Below, in pieces: positions 32,821 through 37,656 of a stretch of 37,656 bases of DNA. Source of the stretch: Octopus sinensis (Eukaryota); contig NW_021835912.1 of NCBI RefSeq assembly GCF_006345805.1, positions 1 to 37,656 of the forward strand, written 5' to 3'. The position numbers and the translations under genes are program-made. The notes beneath the pieces were generated by a model that was given only the letters and a program-made list of their open reading frames with translations, was not told the DNA's origin and ran no database searches. Position 1 is the first letter of the stretch. Each line of letters opens with the position of its first letter.

Positions 32821-35664
32821 TCATGAAAGTTTTTTAGCAACTGCCATTTGGTGCATGAGAGAGTTCGATGCAGCTGCCCTCATCTGCACCTCCTGCCATG
32901 AAGTTGGTTCATCTGGGACACCTGACAGGAAGAGATCCAGTTCCATTTTAAAGACATCTGCATCCACCCCATGCAGGTCTCTCAGGTTCTTCGGGAGGAT
33001 ATTGAAGAGCTGTGGGCCACGGAAGCCCAGGCTATCACAGTATCTTGTCCTACATCTTGATGGCAAATTTGGAGTCCTAGGCACCACGTAGTGGCGCCCA
33101 GTTCTGGCATTTGTGTAACTCTCGATGCCAAAGTTTGGGACACGTCCCTCCAGGATCTTCCAGATGTATATTATGGCATATCTTTCCCGCCTACGCTCCA
33201 AGGAACATAGTTTTAATCTCTTGAGTCTTTCCCAGTAGCTTACATTCTGCATAGAGGCTATCTTCTTCGTGTAGCTACGCTGGATCGCCTCGAGCTCTGT
33301 GATCAACTTGACACTGGATGGTGACCATAACTGAGAGCAATAGTCAAAGTGGCTTAGGAAAAGTGTCCTCCAGAGGACTATCATGGTTTCTTGTTCTCTT
33401 GTTCTAAAGGTTCTGAGAATCCATCCGGCCAGTCGTCTACATTTCATTGCCAATTTAGCAACATGAACACGAAAGGTTGCGTCATCACTCATGTAAATAC
33501 CCAGGTCACGCACTGATTGTGCCCCTGGGATTGCTATTCCTCCGGGTCCAGTGTATTCACTGGGTATTGCATTTAGTTTTGCATGCTGATAGTATAAAGC
33601 TTGAAACTTTTCAGCATTGAACTGCATGCTATTCTTTTCAGCCCACTTGTATATTTCGTCCAGCTCACATTGCAGGCGTTTAGTGTCTTCAGGGTTCTGT
33701 ATTGCCTGTGAAACTTTTGTATCATCTACATAACTTGTGATCATGGCTCTCTGCGTGGCTGAGGGCATGTCTGAGAGGGCCATTATGAACAGTAGTGGTC
33801 CCAAAACAGTGCCCTGCGGAACACCGCTCACTATTTGTGTGTTAATGGAAGTGGCCCCATTGGCTGCTACCACCTGACTTCTATTCTTCAGAAAGTCATG
33901 AAGCCATTCTCCCAATTTTCCAACTGTATTGAGATCACGCAGTTTGTGACATATCATTCCATGATCGACTTTATCAAAGGCCTTTGCAAAGTCGAGATAT
34001 ATGACTTCCACATTTGAGTGGTTGAGCAGTTGTTTCAGCACCCAGTCATAGTGTTGTAGGAGCTGAGTTAAACAGCTTCTTCCTGGTCGGAAACCATGTT
34101 GGGTGTCAGGCAGCGAGTCATTTTCTTCAAGGAAGGTGATTAGTTTCCTTCTGACTATTCGTTCCATGACCTTGCTTATGTGTGAGGTGAGAGAGATAGG
34201 TCTGTAGTTCTTGGCCTTTGCTCTGCTACCACCTTTATGAATAGGGCATATTTTACCTTCCTTCAGTTTTTTTGGAAGTTTGCCAGCTGCAAGGAAGCTC
34301 TGAAAGAGGATCTGCAGTGGTCTTGCTAGGACTCTGTTACATACTTTTAGGAGGATTGCCGGGAATCCATCGGGCCCAATAGCTGATTCTGTTTTCATTT
34401 CATCTATGGCCTTTATTACATCGTCTTCCTTTATATCGATGTAATTTATCGTCGCCGCCTCTGATTTTATATCTGCAGTGGTAAAGAAGTCAGTTGGATT
34501 GGTGATTTGGAAATGCCCGAGGGGTGGAGTGAAAACACTCTTGAATTGCTCATTCAGTATTGCACTTACCCTCATTGGTTTTCCTGTGAGTGTGCCATCC
34601 TCTTCAAGGAGTGGCCCTATCCTACAGTGCACTGTAGCTGTTTCTTTGGCATACCTGTAGAAAGCTCTGGCGTTAGATTTTGTTTTGTCTATAGCCCAGG
34701 CTTCTTTGTCTGCTCTTTCCTTTTCATGGGAGAGTTGCAGACATTTTTCAATTTCCAACAGTTTTATTTTCAGGCGGGACTTTTCACTGCTTTCAATCTG
34801 TTTGTTTAGGCGATTTGAAATTTTTGTACGCCGTCTCATTAAGATTTTCCTCTCTCTGGGGATTTTGTTCTTGTGTACAGTGGCCTTTCTCTCTGGGACA
34901 CATTTGTAGCATATGGCTTGCGTTACAGACATGAATTGTTGAAGTTTCATGTCGATGTCTGGCGAGGAGAGACATTTAGGCCAGTCTTGTTTGAGGATCT
35001 CTTTCTCAATTTGTTTCCAGTTTGCCTTATGGTAGTTCAAGCTGGAAAGATACTGAGGGTTTCTTGTAGGCTGCATGTCCGTGCTCTCTTTTGGCCCATA
35101 CATGGTCAGCTCTACCATGTTGTGATCCGAGAGTAGTGTCGGTGTCACTTTCACATTATGGATGAGATCCATGTCATTTGTGAAGCAGAGATCCAGTGTG
35201 TTACCTGCCCTGGTTGGTTGGAGTATTACTTGCTCCATGTACAGGGTGTTGATGAGGTTCAGGAGGGACCTCGCCTGTCCGCGTTCACATCTTGTCATTC
35301 CTGGGAGAGAAAGGCCCTCGGGCCATCTGACATTGGGTAGATTGAAGTCTCCCATGAGAAGTACACTTATGTGTTGTTCTAATGTGGTTAGAACTTCTTC
35401 TATTTTCATAAGGCAGTCTTCAAACTTGCCCACATGGCTTGGGGCATCTGGAGGGCGATATGTAGCACACACAACTACATCAAGTTGCCTTATATGTACA
35501 ATTAGTGTGTCACACACCGAGTATGACAAGAGGACCTGGGGTGTGAGGTCCTCATGGATATACATAGCTACTCCTCCATGACTCCTTTCTTTTCTGTCGG
35601 TCCGTAGTACAACATAATGTGGTATGTGTAACTCCGCATCTGCTATGCCCGGTTTCAGGTGCAT
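32821..35664 (-). CDS. LINE ORF2: apurinic-type endonuclease plus reverse transcriptase (947 aa open), cut off from its natural N-terminus by a frameshift
   Basis: GGVAMYI, TYRPP, MGDFNLP, TLDLCFTN and SDHN (APE); NYRPISLTS, YLDFAKAFDKV, SGVPQGTVLGPLLF and YVDD (RT). The N-terminal MLLLNIRGL segment lies in another frame (35655-35777). Confidence 0.95.
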   Translation of the reverse strand: MHLKPGIADAELHIPHYVVLRTDRKERSHGGVAMYIHEDLTPQVLLSYSVCDTLIVHIRQLDVVVCATYRPPDAPSHVGKFEDCLMKIEEVLTTLEQHISVLLMGDFNLPNVRWPEGLSLPGMTRCERGQARSLLNLINTLYMEQVILQPTRAGNTLDLCFTNDMDLIHNVKVTPTLLSDHNMVELTMYGPKESTDMQPTRNPQYLSSLNYHKANWKQIEKEILKQDWPKCLSSPDIDMKLQQFMSVTQAICYKCVPERKATVHKNKIPRERKILMRRRTKISNRLNKQIESSEKSRLKIKLLEIEKCLQLSHEKERADKEAWAIDKTKSNARAFYRYAKETATVHCRIGPLLEEDGTLTGKPMRVSAILNEQFKSVFTPPLGHFQITNPTDFFTTADIKSEAATINYIDIKEDDVIKAIDEMKTESAIGPDGFPAILLKVCNRVLARPLQILFQSFLAAGKLPKKLKEGKICPIHKGGSRAKAKNYRPISLTSHISKVMERIVRRKLITFLEENDSLPDTQHGFRPGRSCLTQLLQHYDWVLKQLLNHSNVEVIYLDFAKAFDKVDHGMICHKLRDLNTVGKLGEWLHDFLKNRSQVVAANGATSINTQIVSGVPQGTVLGPLLFIMALSDMPSATQRAMITSYVDDTKVSQAIQNPEDTKRLQCELDEIYKWAEKNSMQFNAEKFQALYYQHAKLNAIPSEYTGPGGIAIPGAQSVRDLGIYMSDDATFRVHVAKLAMKCRRLAGWILRTFRTREQETMIVLWRTLFLSHFDYCSQLWSPSSVKLITELEAIQRSYTKKIASMQNVSYWERLKRLKLCSLERRRERYAIIYIWKILEGRVPNFGIESYTNARTGRHYVVPRTPNLPSRCRTRYCDSLGFRGPQLFNILPKNLRDLHGVDADVFKMELDLFLSGVPDEPTSWQEVQMRAAASNSLMHQMAVAKKLS

Positions 35665-35728
35665 GCAACAAAGTTTCTCAAGAACGGGATCTTTGTCCTG
35701 TTACTGAGTGTTTGCAGCCCTCTGATGT

Positions 35729-36634
35729 TCAGTAGGAGCATCGAGGTGAGGTGTATGTTGTTGCCGGCGGTGTCCATCCTGGGTCTGTTTGCTGTGGTGG
35801 TCTTGTATATAGTGGGTAGTCCCACCTGCGGGCTTGGGTTTGATGAAGCCAGGTCAGCTGCTGTACAATCTTTTGTGCCATGCACAAAAAAGATTGCTGC
35901 TCAGCAGCTGCCCTTTCAACGACATCATGTTTGCGGTTTGTGGCACGCACAACATCTGCGTACCTCCGCTTTGGGGCAGGTGGTGCGTGGTCCTTCCCTT
36001 TTCCTTGTGTTGATGGCTTGTCCATCTGCCTCGTGTCTCTGCGGCAGGGTCCCCGATGTGCGAAGCAGCAGCCTGCACCTTCCTTTCCATGCCAGCAGGA
36101 ACCTCTCAGGTAGAACCTACACACCCGTGTGCACTGCTTGTTTCCATCCTTTGCGGTTCCACTTCCATTCCTGGTTGTTTCACCCTTTGGTCCTGCTTGA
36201 GCTTTTCCTTTAGCTCTTTCAGTCCTTCTTTTAGTTCTTCTTCCTCCCTCTACTTCTTCCCTGGGTTCTCCGTCTCCATGGCCCTTGCTGCCGGTTGGAG
36301 AACTTGCACCTGGGTTCACTTCCCGGGCAGGTTTCTCACTCAAAACTTCCTCCCGGGCGTCCACCAGGTGGGGGTGACTGCTTTCATCATCTCCATTCTT
36401 GCCATCTTTGCCCCGCTCGTTCTCAAAGATGGCATCAAGTGCGCCAATGTGCGACTGTACAAGCGCATAGGAGCGCACGAATTCCCGTGTCTTTCGCTCC
36501 ATCTGAGCCGCTGTGCTCTTGTAGCCGTTGTTCTTCAGCGCAGCCGCAATCACATCGCTAGGGCTATCTCCGTCAGCGCATTTCCAGGCTCGTATGAATA
36601 ATGCCAGTTCGTCTTGTCTCCAGGCTCTGGACAT
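35729..36634 (-). CDS. LINE ORF1 (301 aa): N-terminal Myb/SANT trihelix-like motif and CCCH zinc finger
   Basis: WRQDELALFIRAW...IAAALKNNGYKSTAAQMERKTREFVRSY; C-x7-C-x8-C-x3-H (CRFYLRGSCWHGKEGAGCCFAH). Overlaps the presumed ORF2 ATG at 35777. Confidence 0.8.
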   Translation of the reverse strand: MSRAWRQDELALFIRAWKCADGDSPSDVIAAALKNNGYKSTAAQMERKTREFVRSYALVQSHIGALDAIFENERGKDGKNGDDESSHPHLVDAREEVLSEKPAREVNPGASSPTGSKGHGDGEPREEVEGGRRTKRRTERAKGKAQAGPKGETTRNGSGTAKDGNKQCTRVCRFYLRGSCWHGKEGAGCCFAHRGPCRRDTRQMDKPSTQGKGKDHAPPAPKRRYADVVRATNRKHDVVERAAAEQQSFLCMAQKIVQQLTWLHQTQARRWDYPLYTRPPQQTDPGWTPPATTYTSPRCSY

Positions 36635-36956
36635 GTTGGATGATCTGTCTATTTATTTATCTATCTAAATATATTCGAGAGAAGATAAGAAGATATATAT
36701 TTATGCGACTATATATTTAGAGAGATTGAGAAGGCGATATATATATATATATATACATATAGAAATATATATATATATATATTTCTATATATACATATTT
36801 CTATATATATCCATATATATATATGTTTATTTATATATATATATATATATATATTTCTATATATATATATTTATATATATATATATATGTATATATTTCT
36901 ATATGTATATATATTTCTATATATATGTATATTATATATATATATATATTTCTATA

Positions 36957-36997
<41 letters not shown>

Positions 36998-37047
36998 CTA
37001 TATATATGTATATATATATTTCTATATAATTATATATAATATATATA

Positions 37048-37094
<47 letters not shown>

Positions 37095-37147
37095 ATTGGT
37101 GAATTGAAGAAATGGAGCTGAACGCAGATTGAACAGAATCGTTTTTA

Positions 37148-37236
37148 TTTCATTCTACACGTGTTTCGAAGGCACAAATTACCAAAATCCGATTGAATAA
37201 TGGGACCATATTGTGTCTTTCTCTTCAGGAAGAAAA
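37148..37236 (-). ncRNA. Minimal type I hammerhead ribozyme (family D, GUA triplet)
   Basis: On the - strand: stem I UUUUCUUC/GAAUGAAA (7 of 8 paired); CUGAAGA; stem II GAAAGACACAA/UUGUGCCUUC around a 33-nt loop; GAAA; palindromic ACACGUGU; H17 is position 37156. Confidence 0.8.
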
Positions 37237-37656
37237 AAGAAAAAATCCGTTGGAAAAACAAAAACAGAACAGAGGCGGAGCAAAAACAAATCGAACTAAG
37301 CTCCTAAGAGCCCATGGCGAACTGTTTATCAGTGTATGTTGAGAACCGGTGGCTGAAGAATTCAACGGGTCAGGCATCGGTCAATCATGTGGGTGAGGGT
37401 GTATAGATGTTCTTTGTGACCGAGAATAAAGTTCTGACTATTTAAGGAATATTGGATGTTTTATAAGGGGCGAGAAAAAATCTACTTAGAGACGTGTGTG
37501 TGTGTGTATACTGTTCTATATATGTGTGTGTTGGCGTAGGGGTAGAAAACATTTTTGTGTACGTGTGTGCATTTGATCGTTCGGCTGTCAGTGGCTACTG
37601 CCGTGATAACCGTTGGGTGGGAGAAAGAAAAAAAATATATATATATTATGTTTATG

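Larger units (their letters stand above)
32728..36736 (-). mobile_element. Full-length young CR1-type LINE (~4.0 kb) inserted in a TA-rich satellite
   Basis: Short 5' UTR, ORF1, ORF2 (APE-RT), 3' UTR stem-loop and (AATC)n tail at 32728-32748. Both flanks share the same tttctatatat/atgtttattta satellite variants. Confidence 0.93.

Noticed and set aside
33835-36601. Plus-strand ORFs overlapping the LINE (e.g. 35659-36213, 36056-36601)
   Set aside because: Antisense shadows of GC-rich LINE coding sequence with no recognisable domains.
22222-37656. Search for the next Ppd exon (phase 1)
   Set aside because: No acceptor-bounded segment with Ppd-like sequence was found. The exon is presumably beyond the window.
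1-37656. Bacterial origin, operon or CRISPR interpretation prompted by the Ppd similarity
   Set aside because: Spliceosomal introns and metazoan transposons throughout, and no repeat-spacer array.

Overview
AT-rich, repeat-dense animal genomic DNA. The SINE, RTE and mariner repertoire and the long (TA)n tracts suggest an octopus/coleoid cephalopod; this is inferred, not proven. The only host gene is on the + strand: three spliced coding exons (525-672, 6388-6518, 22062-22221) of a ThDP-dependent phosphonopyruvate decarboxylase (Ppd/AepY-like), whose 5' and 3' ends lie outside the window. The introns hold a piggyBac relic, two mariner relics, a Tc1 relic, RTE, CRE-like and Ty3/Gypsy fragments, SINEs, Helitron-like ends and a full-length young CR1-type LINE. 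Two things are not explained by the ORF track. (1) There are four unrelated families of minimal type I hammerhead ribozymes of the Penelope/retrozyme type, each with its own 8-nt palindromic stem III. Two of them sit in head-to-head inverted arrays: a ~351-nt monomer array and a ~600-bp near-perfect palindrome. Each of the three introns carries one sense-strand hammerhead. (2) The LINE and the local SINE family share a 3' end whose hairpin shows compensatory base changes. Ribozyme activity, taxonomy and family names need experimental or database confirmation.
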